Notes: generated by a model from the sequence alone, not told the origin. Shown: positions 8,338 to 18,636, numbered from the stretch's first letter. The stretch: DNA of 47,518 nucleotides from an uncultured Alistipes sp. (GCA_947178025.1 CAMWWU010000001.1:1-47518), one strand, 5' to 3'. Numbers and translations: made by a program.

Positions 8338-10425
8338 TCACTGTTTTTCGTTATTCTCCGGCTCCTGGGCCTGACGGTCGATCAGTTTCACCTTCTCGAT
8401 CACGGCGGCCATCTCCTCCCGGGCGCGCTCGATCTTGGCCTTCACGTCGGCCACGAGCGCCTCGGCGTTCTTCGACTTGGCGAAGAATCCGATGTTGTTC
8501 TCCAGCAGCGCGATCTCCTGCTCCATCTGACGCACCTTGTTGTAGAGGCGTTCGCGCTCCGAACGCAGCCGCTTGTCGCCCGCGGCGCGCAGCGACGACA
8601 CCTTGTCGCGGAAGCGGTCCATCGAACGGTCGCGCTCCGAGCCGCGCAGGGCGTCGAACAGCGCGTCGACAGCCGCCTTGTAGCGCTTCTGCACCGCCTC
8701 CTTCTGCTTGATGGGCACGAAGCCGATCTCGCCCCAGCGGCGCTGGAAGTCGCGGATCGTCTCGTAGCCGCCGGCCTTGACGTCGGCGGCGGCCATCTCG
8801 TCGAGCAGGGCGAGTTTCTTCTTCAGATTCTCCTCGTGCTCGCTGTCGATGCCCGAGAAGTGGGCCGCCTTGCGCTCGAAGAACTTGTCGCACGCCGTGC
8901 GGAAACGCTTCCAGACGGCATCCGAATGACGGCGCGATACGGCGCCGATCTGCTTCCAGCGAGCCTGGAGGGCGATCAGCTCGTCGGTCGTCTTCTTCCA
9001 CTCCTCGCTTCCCGAGAGCGCCTCGGCAGCCGCGCAGATCTCGTTCTTGAGCTGGAGGTTGTGCTCCATCTCGACCTTGACGTCGGCATAGAAGCGGCGC
9101 TTGGCCTCGAAGAACTTGTCGCACGCCGTGCGGAAACGCTCGTAGATGCGGTTGTTGTCCTTCTTGGGGGCGAAACCGATGGTCTTCCACGTCTTCTGGA
9201 TTTCGAGCAGGCGGTCGCTCGCACGGTTCCACTCCTTGCGCAGCGTCATGGGGCGGGAGCAGAGCTCCTCGGCGGCGGCGCACAGCTCCGTCTTGAGGGC
9301 GAGGTTCTTCACCTGCTCGGCCTTGAGCGCCTCGAAATGCTCCTGATGCTGCTTGTTGATGCGGCTCGAAGCGGCCTTGAAACGCTCCCAGAGCGTCTCC
9401 TTGTATTCATTCGCCACGGGGCCCGTCTCGCGCCACTCGTCGTGGAGCTTCTGCAACTTGCGGAACGCCTCGACGATGGAGGGCTCCAGCACGAGCGCCT
9501 CGGCCTGCTCGCAGAGAGCGACCTTCTGCTCGTAGTTCTTCTTCAGGTCGAGGTCGCGCAACTCCTTGTTGATCTTGATGAAGCCGTAGAAATTCTCGAC
9601 ATGCAGGTTGTAGGTCTCCCACAGATCCTTGACGTGCTGCAAGGGCACCGGTCCCGTCTCCTTCCAGCGCTGCTGCAACTCGCGGAAACGGGTGAACGTA
9701 TGGTTGAGCGTCTCGTCGGAGTTCACCAGCTCCTTGAGCTCTTCGATGATCGCGAGTTTCGTGCGGAGGTTCTGCTCTTTCTCGGCTTCGAGGTTGGCGA
9801 TGAACTCGTCGCGGCGGCGGCGGTACTCCTTGAAGAGCTCCTTGAGCTGCACCTCGGCACCGTCGGCCGCGGGGACGAACTCCTCCTCGGCACCGCCCTC
9901 CTCGACGAAGGCGCGGCGCGCGGCCTCCACCTCGGCGCGACGGATGCGGTAGAAGGCGATCTTGAGCGCCTCCACGTCGCGGCGGAGCGACTGCACAGGC
10001 TGCTCCTCGATCATCCGGCCGAAAACCGACACCAGCTCCTCCTTGCTCTTACCGGCAAAACGCTCCTCGCCTCCGGCATCTGCGGCGGCGAGCTGCTCGG
10101 CCTCCTCGGCCGTCTCCTCGCCGAGATCCAGGCCGGCATCCTGCGCGGCGAGCTCGGCCTCCTCGTCCGCGAAATCGACCTGCGCCGTCGGCTGCGGCTC
10201 CTCGTCGGACTCCGTCTCCACGGCCTCTGCGGTCGCAGCGATACGCGCACGCCGGGGGCGCGACGGTTCCTCCGCCCCGGCGGGGGCAGGCACGGACTCC
10301 TCGACGGAGGCCGTCGTTTCGGGTTGGGCGACCTGTTCGGTCACGGCAGGGGTAGCTTGCACATCTTCGACCCGGGGGTCGACTTGCTCCTCGGGAGCAG
10401 ACAATGTCGATTTTTCAGTAGCCAT
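8338..10425 (-). CDS. DUF349 repeat-containing protein
   Basis: Acidic disordered N-terminus then repeated helical units (LQxxWKxxGPV...LWERF...ACDKFF); start at MATEKST (10425). Confidence 0.88.
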   Translation of the reverse strand: MATEKSTLSAPEEQVDPRVEDVQATPAVTEQVAQPETTASVEESVPAPAGAEEPSRPRRARIAATAEAVETESDEEPQPTAQVDFADEEAELAAQDAGLDLGEETAEEAEQLAAADAGGEERFAGKSKEELVSVFGRMIEEQPVQSLRRDVEALKIAFYRIRRAEVEAARRAFVEEGGAEEEFVPAADGAEVQLKELFKEYRRRRDEFIANLEAEKEQNLRTKLAIIEELKELVNSDETLNHTFTRFRELQQRWKETGPVPLQHVKDLWETYNLHVENFYGFIKINKELRDLDLKKNYEQKVALCEQAEALVLEPSIVEAFRKLQKLHDEWRETGPVANEYKETLWERFKAASSRINKQHQEHFEALKAEQVKNLALKTELCAAAEELCSRPMTLRKEWNRASDRLLEIQKTWKTIGFAPKKDNNRIYERFRTACDKFFEAKRRFYADVKVEMEHNLQLKNEICAAAEALSGSEEWKKTTDELIALQARWKQIGAVSRRHSDAVWKRFRTACDKFFERKAAHFSGIDSEHEENLKKKLALLDEMAAADVKAGGYETIRDFQRRWGEIGFVPIKQKEAVQKRYKAAVDALFDALRGSERDRSMDRFRDKVSSLRAAGDKRLRSERERLYNKVRQMEQEIALLENNIGFFAKSKNAEALVADVKAKIERAREEMAAVIEKVKLIDRQAQEPENNEKQ

Positions 10426-10474
10426 CACAGTAGTCTTTTTGGTTCCGGAGATATCGGAAAGAACATAAATCCTG

Positions 10475-10482
10475 CAAATATA
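10475..10482 (-). promoter_or_regulatory. -7 promoter element for the DUF349-pyrG-yidC operon
   Basis: Reverse strand TATATTTG. Confidence 0.6.
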
Positions 10483-10772
10483 ACGATTTTCCGCCGAACT
10501 CCGCAACGAAAACGGGGAAAACGCACGCTTCGGCGCACAAAAGAACGCCGCCCCGGGGCGCAGCCCGCAGAGCGCACGCAGGAATTGCGCCCGGAAGCCC
10601 GGAAGCGGGGGCCCGCACGACATCCGCAGAGCCGCGGCGCATCCGGCGAGGTCTTTTTCCGAACCCGCTGCCGGTCCGGCCCGATCTTTGGGTTTTTGCC
10701 GGAATTTTGCTATCTTCGCACGACCGCCGCGCCGACCCGACCGCCGGCGCGGCCGAACCTGAAACTACCGTC

Positions 10773-11438
10773 ATGAAACACCGCATCCTGCTCGTCGACG
10801 ACGAGATCGACATTCTGGAGTTCGTCCGCTACAACCTCCTCCGGGAGGGCTACGAAGTATATACGGCCGAGAACGGCGCCGAGGCGCTGCGGCTCGCCGC
10901 CGAATGCCGCCCGCACCTGATTCTGCTCGACATGATGATGCCCGTGATGGACGGCGCGCAGACCTGCCGCGCCATCCGCGAGAACCCCGAGCTGAAAGAT
11001 ACGATGGTCGTCTTCCTCTCGGCGCTCGGCGAAGAGGAGCAGCAGCTCGCGGGATTCGGCGTCGGCGCCGACGACTACCTGACCAAGCCCATCAAGATGA
11101 AGCTGCTGGTCAGCCGCGTGCAGGCGATCCTCAAGCGCGTGGACCCCGTACCGCAGCCCGTGGCGGCACCGGGCATCGCCATCGACCCCGAGAGCCACAC
11201 GGCGACCTGCGACGGCCGCGTGATCCCGCTTCCGCGCAAGGAGTTCGCCCTGCTCGAACTGCTCTGCTCGTCGCCCGGACGGCTGATCCCGCGCGAGGAG
11301 ATCTACGCCAAGATCTGGGGGTCGGAGGTCGTGGTCGGCGACCGCACCATCGACGTGCATATCCGCAAGTTGCGCCAGAAAATCGGCGAGGGACGCATCA
11401 CCACCGTCAAGGGCGTCGGCTACCGCTACGAAGCCTGA
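10773..11438 (+). CDS. OmpR/PhoB-family response regulator
   Basis: RILLVDDE, LILLDMMMPVMDG, GADDYLTKP, winged-helix RTIDVHIRKLRQKI...TVKGVGYR; ATG 10773. Confidence 0.95.
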   Translation: MKHRILLVDDEIDILEFVRYNLLREGYEVYTAENGAEALRLAAECRPHLILLDMMMPVMDGAQTCRAIRENPELKDTMVVFLSALGEEEQQLAGFGVGADDYLTKPIKMKLLVSRVQAILKRVDPVPQPVAAPGIAIDPESHTATCDGRVIPLPRKEFALLELLCSSPGRLIPREEIYAKIWGSEVVVGDRTIDVHIRKLRQKIGEGRITTVKGVGYRYEA

Positions 11439-11509
11439 CAAAGAGCGGAGCGGATAATTTATCCCGAAAAAATGTCGGAAAGTCCGTCGAACCGTAACCT
11501 TTTTTTGCG

Positions 11510-11517
11510 TAAATTTG
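11510..11517 (+). promoter_or_regulatory. -7 promoter element for crcB-ackA-ptb-buk
   Basis: TAAATTTG in an AT-rich intergenic stretch before 11550. Confidence 0.55.
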
Positions 11518-11549
11518 CGCAACTGTAAAATAATTCCTATATTTAACTG

Positions 11550-11930
11550 ATGATTCGTGAATTTCTCGCCGTCGGAAGCGGCGGTGCTTTGGGCTGCATG
11601 ATCCGCTACGCGCTCTCCGGCCTCCTGCTCGCAGGATACGCCCCCGCAGGCTTTCCGCTCGGGACGTTCGCGGTCAATGCCGCGGGGTCGCTGCTGATCG
11701 GCTTCCTGCTCGCGACGCTGCGCGACGGAGGGCTCCCGCTGCTCCTCGTCACGGGCTTCTGCGGAGGATTCACGACTTTCTCGACCTTTTCGGCCGACGC
11801 CGTGCGGCTGCTGCGCGACGGTGCGTGGGGTACGGCGGGGCTGTACGTCGCACTGAGCGTCGCGATCTGCATCGCCGGAGCGGCCCTGGGCCTTTGGATC
11901 GGTACAACTGTTACGAAACTAAACGCATAA
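11550..11930 (+). CDS. crcB: Fluoride efflux channel CrcB/FluC
   Basis: GGALG..RY, FPLGTFAVN..GS, TGFCGGFTTFSTF signature. Confidence 0.95.
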   Translation: MIREFLAVGSGGALGCMIRYALSGLLLAGYAPAGFPLGTFAVNAAGSLLIGFLLATLRDGGLPLLLVTGFCGGFTTFSTFSADAVRLLRDGAWGTAGLYVALSVAICIAGAALGLWIGTTVTKLNA

Positions 11931-11939
11931 AACAAAACT

Positions 11940-13142
11940 ATGGTAATCTTGGTTCTCAACTGCGGCTCGTCGTCGATCAAATATCAGGTGATCGACATGT
12001 CGGACGCATCGAGCGAACTGCTCGCAAAAGGTATCGTCGAACGCATCGGCCTGTCGGAAGGCGACCTCATCCACAAGCCCGTAGGCAAGCAGCCCTTCGA
12101 GCTGCGCCAGCCCATTCCCGACCACACGACCGGCATCGAGCTGGTGATGCAGGCACTGACCGACTCCGAGCACGGCGTCATCGCATCGCTCGACGAGGTG
12201 AAGGCCGTCGGCCACCGCGTCGCCCACGGCGGCGAGTTCTTCCCCGCGAGCGCCCTGGTCGACGAGGATGTCAAGGAGAAGATCCGGTCGCTCTGCCAGA
12301 TCGCCCCGCTGCACAACCCCGCCAGCCTCGAAGGCATCCACGCCATCGAGAAGGTGCTGCCCGGCGTGCCGCAGGTCACGGTCTTCGACACCTCGTTCCA
12401 CCAGACGATCCCCGCCGTCAACTACCTGTTCGCCCTGCCCTACGCCTACTATGAGAAGTATCGCGTGCGCAAGTACGGCTTCCACGGCACCAGCCACAAG
12501 TACGTGGCCCGCGTCGGCGCCGAACTGGCCGGCCTCGATCTCGCCGATTCGAAGATCATCACCTGCCACATCGGCAACGGCGGTTCGGTGACGGCCGTTC
12601 TGAACGGCAAGTCCTACGACACGTCGATGGGCTTCTCGCCGCTCGACGGTCTGGTGATGGGCACCCGCTGCGGCTCGGTCGACGCGAGCGCCATCACGTT
12701 CATCGGCGCCAAGGAGGGCATGAGCTACGCCGAACTCGACACGATGATGAACAAGAAATCGGGCGTAATGGGTCTCACGAACCTTTCGAGCGACATGCGC
12801 GACATCGACCGCGCCTACGACGAGGGGAACGAGCGCGCCATCCTGGCCCGCGACATGTACTACGGCCGCATCAAGAAGTTCATCGGCGAATACGCCGCCG
12901 AGATGGGCGGCGTCGACCTGATCGTCTTCACGGGCGGTGTCGGCGAGAACTCGGCCGAAATGCGCGAATCGGTCTGCTCGAACATGGAGTTCCTGGGTCT
13001 GACGTTCGACGCCGAGGCCAACAAGGGCGCGCGAGGCGTAGACAAGATCCTCTCGGCCGCCGACTCGAAAGTCAAGGTCGCCGTCGTGTCGACCAACGAA
13101 GAACTCGTGATCGCGACGGACACCTACAACCTGGTAAAATAA
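11940..13142 (+). CDS. ackA: Acetate kinase
   Basis: LVLNCGSSSIKY, GHRVAHGG, APLHN, FDTSFHQT, YGFHGTSH, FTGGVGEN. Confidence 0.96.
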   Translation: MVILVLNCGSSSIKYQVIDMSDASSELLAKGIVERIGLSEGDLIHKPVGKQPFELRQPIPDHTTGIELVMQALTDSEHGVIASLDEVKAVGHRVAHGGEFFPASALVDEDVKEKIRSLCQIAPLHNPASLEGIHAIEKVLPGVPQVTVFDTSFHQTIPAVNYLFALPYAYYEKYRVRKYGFHGTSHKYVARVGAELAGLDLADSKIITCHIGNGGSVTAVLNGKSYDTSMGFSPLDGLVMGTRCGSVDASAITFIGAKEGMSYAELDTMMNKKSGVMGLTNLSSDMRDIDRAYDEGNERAILARDMYYGRIKKFIGEYAAEMGGVDLIVFTGGVGENSAEMRESVCSNMEFLGLTFDAEANKGARGVDKILSAADSKVKVAVVSTNEELVIATDTYNLVK

Positions 13143-13176
13143 TTCCGATACGACAACTCAAAAACATACGAACGTC

Positions 13177-14082
13177 ATGATTCAGAATCTCAACGGTATC
13201 GTCGAAGAGGCGAGAAAAAGAGGCAAAAAACGTCTGGCCGTAGCCTACGGTCAGGATTCGCACACGCTGGCCGCCGTCTACGGGGCCTACAAGGAGGGAC
13301 TCGTGGAGCCCACGCTCTACGGCGACAAGGCGGTCATCGAGCAGGTGTGCCGCGAAGAGGGCATCGACATCGCGGCCTTCAACATCGTCGACGAACCCAA
13401 CGACGTGAAGTGCGTGCAGCAGGCCGTAGCAGCCGTCGTTGCGGGTAACGCCGACGTGCTGATGAAGGGTCTCGTGTCGACCGACAAGTACATGCGCGGC
13501 ATCCTCAACAAGGAGGCCGGCCTCTTCCCCCCGAAGGGCGTGCTGAGCCACGTCTCGATCATCGAGATGCCCTGCTACCACAAACTGCTGATCATCTCCG
13601 ACGTGGCGGTGATCCCGCAGCCCGACTTCAAACAGAAGATGAAGCAGATCGGCTACCTCGCGCAGACGGCCTCGCTGCTCGGCATCAAGAACCCGAAGAT
13701 CGCCTGCATCGCCCCCTCGGAGCAGCTGCTGCCCAACGTGATCTCCTCGACCGAGGGCGCCCTGCTCGCCAAGATGGCCGACCGCGGCCAGCTGGGCAAC
13801 GTGACCGTAGACGGTCCGCTGTCGCTCGACGTAGCCCTCTTCAAGGAGGTCGCCGAGCACAAAAAGGTGAAGGGCTCCTCCGTAGCCGGCGATCCCGACT
13901 GCCTGCTCTTCCCGAACCTGGAGTCGGCCAACGTCTTCTTCAAGTCGACGACGCACCTGTGCGGCGGCGAACTGGCTGCGATGGTGATGGGCACGAAGGT
14001 TCCCTGCGTCCTCACCTCGCGCGGCGATTCGAGCAAGACCAAGCTCTACTCCATCGCCCTGGCCTGCCTGGCAGCCAAATAG
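13177..14082 (+). CDS. ptb: Phosphate butyryl/acyltransferase (Ptb-type)
   Basis: ADVLMKGLVST, LSHV, DGPLSLDVA, LLFPNLESAN, LTSRGDS; adjacent to buk. Confidence 0.85.
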   Translation: MIQNLNGIVEEARKRGKKRLAVAYGQDSHTLAAVYGAYKEGLVEPTLYGDKAVIEQVCREEGIDIAAFNIVDEPNDVKCVQQAVAAVVAGNADVLMKGLVSTDKYMRGILNKEAGLFPPKGVLSHVSIIEMPCYHKLLIISDVAVIPQPDFKQKMKQIGYLAQTASLLGIKNPKIACIAPSEQLLPNVISSTEGALLAKMADRGQLGNVTVDGPLSLDVALFKEVAEHKKVKGSSVAGDPDCLLFPNLESANVFFKSTTHLCGGELAAMVMGTKVPCVLTSRGDSSKTKLYSIALACLAAK

Positions 14083-14115
14083 TTTTCAATCCGAAACCCA
14101 AAGAACCGAGACATT

Positions 14116-15183
14116 ATGAGCTACAATATCTTAGCGATAAATCCCGGCTCTACCTCCACGAAGGTCGCCCTCTACGAAGAGGAGCGGCCTTTGTTGGAAC
14201 TGACCCTGCGTCACACCACGGAAGAGCTCTCCGGATTCGCCGACGTCATCGACCAGCTCGACTGGCGCCGCGGTCTGATCCTCAACGCGCTGCACGAACA
14301 CGGATTCGAAATCCGCAACCTCTCGGCCGTCATCGGCCGGGGCGGCCTGATCCGTCCCGTCCCTTCGGGCGTCTACGAGGTCAACTCCCGCATGCGCCAC
14401 GACCTGCGCAACGCCCGCATGAAGCACGCCTGCAACCTCGGCGGACTGCTGGCGGCCCAGATCGCCCACATGGCCGGAGTCAAGGCCTACATCGCCGACC
14501 CGCCCGTCGTGGACGAGATGGACGACGTGGCCCGCATCACCGGCATGCCGATGTGCGTGCGCAAACCGATTTTCCACGCTCTCAACCAGAAGACGATCGC
14601 CCGGCTGCACTGCGACCGCCAAGGCATCGTCTACGACCGCTCGAATCTGATCGTGGCCCACATGGGCGGCGGCATTTCGATAGCGGCGCACAAGCAGGGG
14701 CGCATCGTCGACGTGAACAACGCCCTCGACGGCGACGGGCCGTTCGCCCCCGACCGTGCGGGCAACATCCCGTCGAGCGAACTGATCAAGATCTGCTTCT
14801 CGGGGCAGTACACCCAGGAGGAGCTGCTCAAATTCGTATCGAGCAAGGGCGGACTGGTCGCCTACCTCGGCACGAACTCCGTACTCCAGACCGTCGAGCG
14901 GATCCAGGCGGGCGACGAACGGGCCCGCAAGATCCTCGAAGCGATGTGCTACAACACCGCCAAGCAGATCGGCGCCATGGCCGCGACGCTCTCGGGACGG
15001 GTCGACGGCATCCTGCTCACGGGCGGCATCGCCTACTGCGATTTCGTAGTCGACTACCTGCGCGAGCACTGCGGATTCATCGCCCCCGTCGCGGTGTACC
15101 CCGGCGAGAACGAGCTGAAATCCTTGGTGCTGAATGCGCTGATGATTCTGCGGGGCACTGCCGTGCCGCAGGCCTATCTGTAA
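14116..15183 (+). CDS. buk: Butyrate/branched-chain carboxylate kinase
   Basis: ILAINPGSTSTK, GRGG, HACNLG, HALNQK, AHMGGGIS, LTGGIA, YPGENE. Confidence 0.95.
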   Translation: MSYNILAINPGSTSTKVALYEEERPLLELTLRHTTEELSGFADVIDQLDWRRGLILNALHEHGFEIRNLSAVIGRGGLIRPVPSGVYEVNSRMRHDLRNARMKHACNLGGLLAAQIAHMAGVKAYIADPPVVDEMDDVARITGMPMCVRKPIFHALNQKTIARLHCDRQGIVYDRSNLIVAHMGGGISIAAHKQGRIVDVNNALDGDGPFAPDRAGNIPSSELIKICFSGQYTQEELLKFVSSKGGLVAYLGTNSVLQTVERIQAGDERARKILEAMCYNTAKQIGAMAATLSGRVDGILLTGGIAYCDFVVDYLREHCGFIAPVAVYPGENELKSLVLNALMILRGTAVPQAYL

Positions 15184-15205
15184 CCCGCTCCAAGAAAAAG
15201 AGAGA

Positions 15206-15235
15206 AAGCCGCCCCCGAGGGGCGGCTTCTTTTTT
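15206..15235 (+). terminator. Intrinsic terminator after buk
   Basis: AAGCCGCCCC-cga-GGGGCGGCTT followed by CTTTTTT. Confidence 0.8.
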
Positions 15236-15488
15236 GGCGGAGTCCCGTGCGCCGGGGCCGGCCCTCCGGGCCGAAAGTGCAAAAGCCTCCGGCATCGGGA
15301 ATCGGGAGGCCGCTGCCGCCCCGCCGAAGGCCGCTGCCGCCCATGCCGCCTCCGCAGGCAGCGCCCCGCGAACCTGGATTTACCCCTATTCCGATTTTTC
15401 CGCACGCTTTTTTGATCGAAAGATTCTTTTTCTTGCGAGCAAATCGTTATTTTTGCGACAGGATTCACAAAAAAAATCCGCAATCCGC

Positions 15489-16031
15489 ATGGAGAAAATC
15501 ATAAAACTGCACGACAGAACCTTCCGGATCATGATCCCCGCTGAGAAGATCGACGAGGCTGTCACCGCCGTAGCGGCCCGCATCAATGCCGACTACGCCG
15601 AAAAGGAGACGCCGATCTTCCTCGGCATTCTCAACGGTTCGTTCATGTTCATGAGCGACCTGATCAAGAAGATCGAGTTCAACAACGAACTCTCGTTCGT
15701 CAAGCTCGCCTCCTACGAAGGAACCTCGACCACGGGGCAGGTCAAGACGCTCATCGGGCTGAACAACAGCCTCAAGGGGCGCCATGTCATCATCGTCGAG
15801 GACATCGTGGACACGGGCGAAAGCATCGAACACATGCTCTGCGAGCTGGAGAAGTACGAACCCGCGAGCGTCGAGGTCTGCACGCTCTTCTTCAAGCCGG
15901 GCTCCTACCGCAAGCAGCGTCCGATCAGATACCGCGCGATGGAGATCGGCAACGAGTTCATCGTGGGCTACGGACTGGACTACGACCAGCTGGGCCGCAG
16001 TCTGAAAGACATTTACGTCGTCACGGAGTAA
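15489..16031 (+). CDS. hpt: Hypoxanthine phosphoribosyltransferase
   Basis: GILNGSFMFMSDL, VIIVEDIVDTG (PRPP-binding), FIVGYGLDY; ATG 15489 with TATTTTTG promoter at 15448-15455. Confidence 0.95.
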   Translation: MEKIIKLHDRTFRIMIPAEKIDEAVTAVAARINADYAEKETPIFLGILNGSFMFMSDLIKKIEFNNELSFVKLASYEGTSTTGQVKTLIGLNNSLKGRHVIIVEDIVDTGESIEHMLCELEKYEPASVEVCTLFFKPGSYRKQRPIRYRAMEIGNEFIVGYGLDYDQLGRSLKDIYVVTE

Positions 16032-16660
16032 TGCACACCGATCTCACGCTGCTCGACGGCGGACGGCTGCTTCCGCTCGTCGAGGATTTCTATACCATCC
16101 AGGGCGAGGGGTACCACGCCGGCAAACCCGCCTACTTCATCCGCCTGGGCGGGTGCGACGTCGGCTGCCGATGGTGCGACGCCAAGTACACGTGGAACCC
16201 GAAGCTCTACCCGCCCGTCGACGTGCGGACGATCGTCGACCGCGCGACGGCATGCCCTGCGCAGGCCATCGTCATCACGGGCGGTGAGCCGCTGCTCTAC
16301 CCGCTGGAGGTGCTGACCGGAACGTTGCGGGAGCGGGGCCTGGAGATCTTTCTCGAAACCTCGGGCTCGCATCCGTTCAGCGGCTGCTTCGACTGGGTAT
16401 GTCTGTCGCCCAAACGGCAGCAGGCTCCGCTGGAGGAGGCGTTCGGACGGGCCGACGAGCTGAAGGTGATCGTCGAAACGGAGGAGGATTTCGACTGGGC
16501 CGAGCGGAACGCCGCACGGGTCCGCCCCGGCTGCAAACTCTACCTGCAACCCGAGTGGAGCGTCGCCGAACAGATGATGCCGGCCATCGTGGAGTACGCC
16601 AAGGCGCACCCCGAGTGGAACATCTCGATCCAGACGCACAAATACATGCGCATTCCCTGA
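16031..16660 (+). CDS. queE: 7-carboxy-7-deazaguanine synthase (radical SAM)
   Basis: FYTIQGEG, FIRLGGCDVGCRWCD (CxxxCxxC), ITGGEP, LETSG, SIQTHK. Confidence 0.93.
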   Translation: MHTDLTLLDGGRLLPLVEDFYTIQGEGYHAGKPAYFIRLGGCDVGCRWCDAKYTWNPKLYPPVDVRTIVDRATACPAQAIVITGGEPLLYPLEVLTGTLRERGLEIFLETSGSHPFSGCFDWVCLSPKRQQAPLEEAFGRADELKVIVETEEDFDWAERNAARVRPGCKLYLQPEWSVAEQMMPAIVEYAKAHPEWNISIQTHKYMRIP

Positions 16661-16666
16661 CGGATC

Positions 16667-16945
16667 ATGAACATTCGGCTCGGCAAAAGGTTCTGGATAG
16701 GCGCCACGGCGATCATCGTCGTATTCACGGCGTTCGTCGTGGTGCGCAATCTGGTGCATGCCGTGAAGATCCGACGTCAGATCTCACAGCTCGACCGCGA
16801 AAAGCGGGCTTTCGAGCATCGGATCGCACAGGACAGCGCGCTGCTCGAACGGCTGCGCTACGACGACTACCTCGAAGAGTACGCCCGCGAGCACTACCGG
16901 ATGCAGCGGCGCGACGAACACGTCTACCTCATCGAAGAGAATTGA
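16667..16945 (+). CDS. ftsB: FtsB/DivIC septum formation initiator family protein
   Basis: Single TM plus coiled coil, LEEYAREHYRM..DEHVY motif. Confidence 0.75.
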   Translation: MNIRLGKRFWIGATAIIVVFTAFVVVRNLVHAVKIRRQISQLDREKRAFEHRIAQDSALLERLRYDDYLEEYAREHYRMQRRDEHVYLIEEN

Positions 16946-16976
16946 AAAAGGACCCGCATGCGGGTCCTTTTTCAAT
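16941..16976. terminator. Bidirectional terminator, perfect 36-bp palindrome
   Basis: ATTGAAAAAGGACCCGCA|TGCGGGTCCTTTTTCAAT between convergent ftsB and thiL. Confidence 0.85.
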
Positions 16977-17000
16977 AAATCGGCACACTCCGTGTCGGGC

Positions 17001-17080
17001 GGCAGCTGCGGACAGCACGCGAACGAAGCGATGCGGTCCTCCGGCCGGGAGGCTGCAGCCCGTCCGGCTCCAGGGAGCCG
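17001..17080 (+). repeat. Diverged module-A copy of the intergenic repeat
   Basis: GCGAACGAAGCGATGCGGTCCTCCGGCCGGGAGGCTGCAGCCCGTCCGGCTCCAGGGAGCCG resembles 101-165 and 4451-4516. Confidence 0.7.
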
Positions 17081-17091
17081 CGGCCATAAAC

Positions 17092-18030
17092 TCAGTAGTG
17101 CGTGAATCCCTGCCAGTCGAGTTCCGCAGGCACCCCGTCCCGCAGCCAGACGAGCCCCCCGCCGTCGGTGATGCGGCCGATCGGATGGAGCGGCGCACCG
17201 AATGCCGTCCGGAAATCGGCGGCCAGCCGATCGGCCTGCCGGGCATCGGCCGTGAAGAGCAATTTGTAATCCTCGCCGCCGCAGGCCGCCGTGCGCAGGT
17301 CGGCCCCGGAGGCGACGGGAATCCGCTCGACCTCGATCCGGGCCCCGACGCCCGAACGGTCGAGGATGTGGCGGATGTCCGAGGCCAGCCCGTCGGAGAG
17401 GTCCATCATGGCATGCACCTCCCGCCGGGCCCCGAGCCAGAGGCCCTCGGCCACCTGAGGCCGGGGATTGCGATGCACGACGGCGGTCGGCGCATCGAGC
17501 CGCCCCGCGAAGATCTCCCGCAGTCCGGCCCCCGAAGCCCCGAGCTCGCCCGCCACGAAGATCGCATCCCCCGGACGGGCGGCGCTGCGGCGCTTGACAT
17601 GCGTCTCGGGCGCGCGTCCGATCGCCGTGACGTTGATCGTGATGCCGGCTTCCGAACGGGTGGTGTCGCCGCCGATGAGCGCCGCTCCGAACTCGGCGCT
17701 GAACTCCCGGTAGCCCTCCATGAACTCCGCGGCCCACTCCCCCGCAGCATCGGCCGGCAGCGACAGCGACAGCAGCGTCGCCACGGGGCGCGCCCCCATC
17801 GCCGCGACGTCGCTCAGGTTGACGGCGAGCGCCTTGCGCCCCAGTTCGCGGGCCGAGGTCGCGGCACGGAGGAAATGCACCCCCTCCGTCAGCAGATCGG
17901 CCGTAAAGAGCAATGCCTCCCCGCCGCCGAACGGGAATACGGCGCAGTCGTCGCCGATTCCCTCGAACCCGTTTCCGGGCAGGTCGGCGAAACGCCGGGC
18001 GATATGGTCGATAAAACCGAACTCAGTCAT
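17092..18030 (-). CDS. thiL: Thiamine-phosphate kinase
   Basis: MTEFGFI, GIGDDCA, EGVHF, NLSDVAAMG, GGDT, MDLSDGL, GGEDY. Confidence 0.96.
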   Translation of the reverse strand: MTEFGFIDHIARRFADLPGNGFEGIGDDCAVFPFGGGEALLFTADLLTEGVHFLRAATSARELGRKALAVNLSDVAAMGARPVATLLSLSLPADAAGEWAAEFMEGYREFSAEFGAALIGGDTTRSEAGITINVTAIGRAPETHVKRRSAARPGDAIFVAGELGASGAGLREIFAGRLDAPTAVVHRNPRPQVAEGLWLGARREVHAMMDLSDGLASDIRHILDRSGVGARIEVERIPVASGADLRTAACGGEDYKLLFTADARQADRLAADFRTAFGAPLHPIGRITDGGGLVWLRDGVPAELDWQGFTHY

Positions 18031-18195
18031 GATCGTGCGGATTGCGACGGCAAAGGTACCAAAAAATCCGGAGATCGCTACGCACCGTGCGCTTTCGTCG
18101 CCATACGAACGTTTTTAATTTGCCATTCCGGCCCGGTTGCACTATCTTTGCGAAGCAAATGCGGCAACACCCGCACCGATGCAAACATCCCTACT

Positions 18196-18624
18196 ATGAA
18201 GATATTGATAATCAACGGCCCGAATCTCAATCTGCAAGGGCGGCGCGACACGGGGATCTACGGAACGAAGAGCTTCGAAACGTTTTTCGAGGAGCTGCGG
18301 AACGCCTACCCGACGATCGCATTCGACTATTTCCAGTCCAACATCGAGGGCGAACTGATCGACGCCGTACAGCGTGCCGACGGCACCTTCGACGGCGCAG
18401 TTCTCAACGCCGGCGGATACACCCACACTTCGGTGGCTCTGCGCGACGCCGTGGCAGCGGTGTCGCTCCCCGTGGTCGAGGTGCATATCTCCTCGATCCT
18501 GGCACGCGAAGAGTTCCGCCACGTCTCGCTGCTGGCCCCGGTCGCCGTGGGCTCGATCATGGGTTTCGGCCTCGACTCCTACCGACTGGGCGTCGAAGCG
18601 CTGTTGTTATCGAAAAATAAATAA
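18196..18624 (+). CDS. aroQ: Type II 3-dehydroquinate dehydratase
   Basis: IINGPNLN, QSNIEGELID, NAGGYTHTSVALRDA, EVHIS; promoter TATCTTTG at 18143-18150. Confidence 0.96.
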   Translation: MKILIINGPNLNLQGRRDTGIYGTKSFETFFEELRNAYPTIAFDYFQSNIEGELIDAVQRADGTFDGAVLNAGGYTHTSVALRDAVAAVSLPVVEVHISSILAREEFRHVSLLAPVAVGSIMGFGLDSYRLGVEALLLSKNK

Positions 18625-18636
18625 AGTTTTCCGCAC

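Noticed and set aside
11439-11549. Fluoride riboswitch upstream of crcB
   Set aside because: No GGCGAUG...UAAUGA-type consensus recognisable, and the leader after the promoter is too short.
16031-16660. queE radical SAM as the maturase partner of PqqD, or as part of a dpd DNA-modification cluster
   Set aside because: Typical QueE without a SPASM domain, 15 kb away in a housekeeping operon; no dpdA/tgt-like genes in the window.
16941-16976. Perfect 36-bp palindrome as a recombination or operator site
   Set aside because: GC stem with A/T tails between convergent genes is adequately explained as a bidirectional terminator.
18031-18060. TPP riboswitch upstream of thiL
   Set aside because: The promoter element (18051-18058) is ~20 nt from the start codon, and no CUGAGA core is present.
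13959-18624. Apparent fusions 13959..16031 and 16399..18624 (also 2896..4221 and 42583..44553)
   Set aside because: Only the C-terminal parts are real (hpt, aroQ, HMA, dNK); upstream parts are off-frame readings of other genes.
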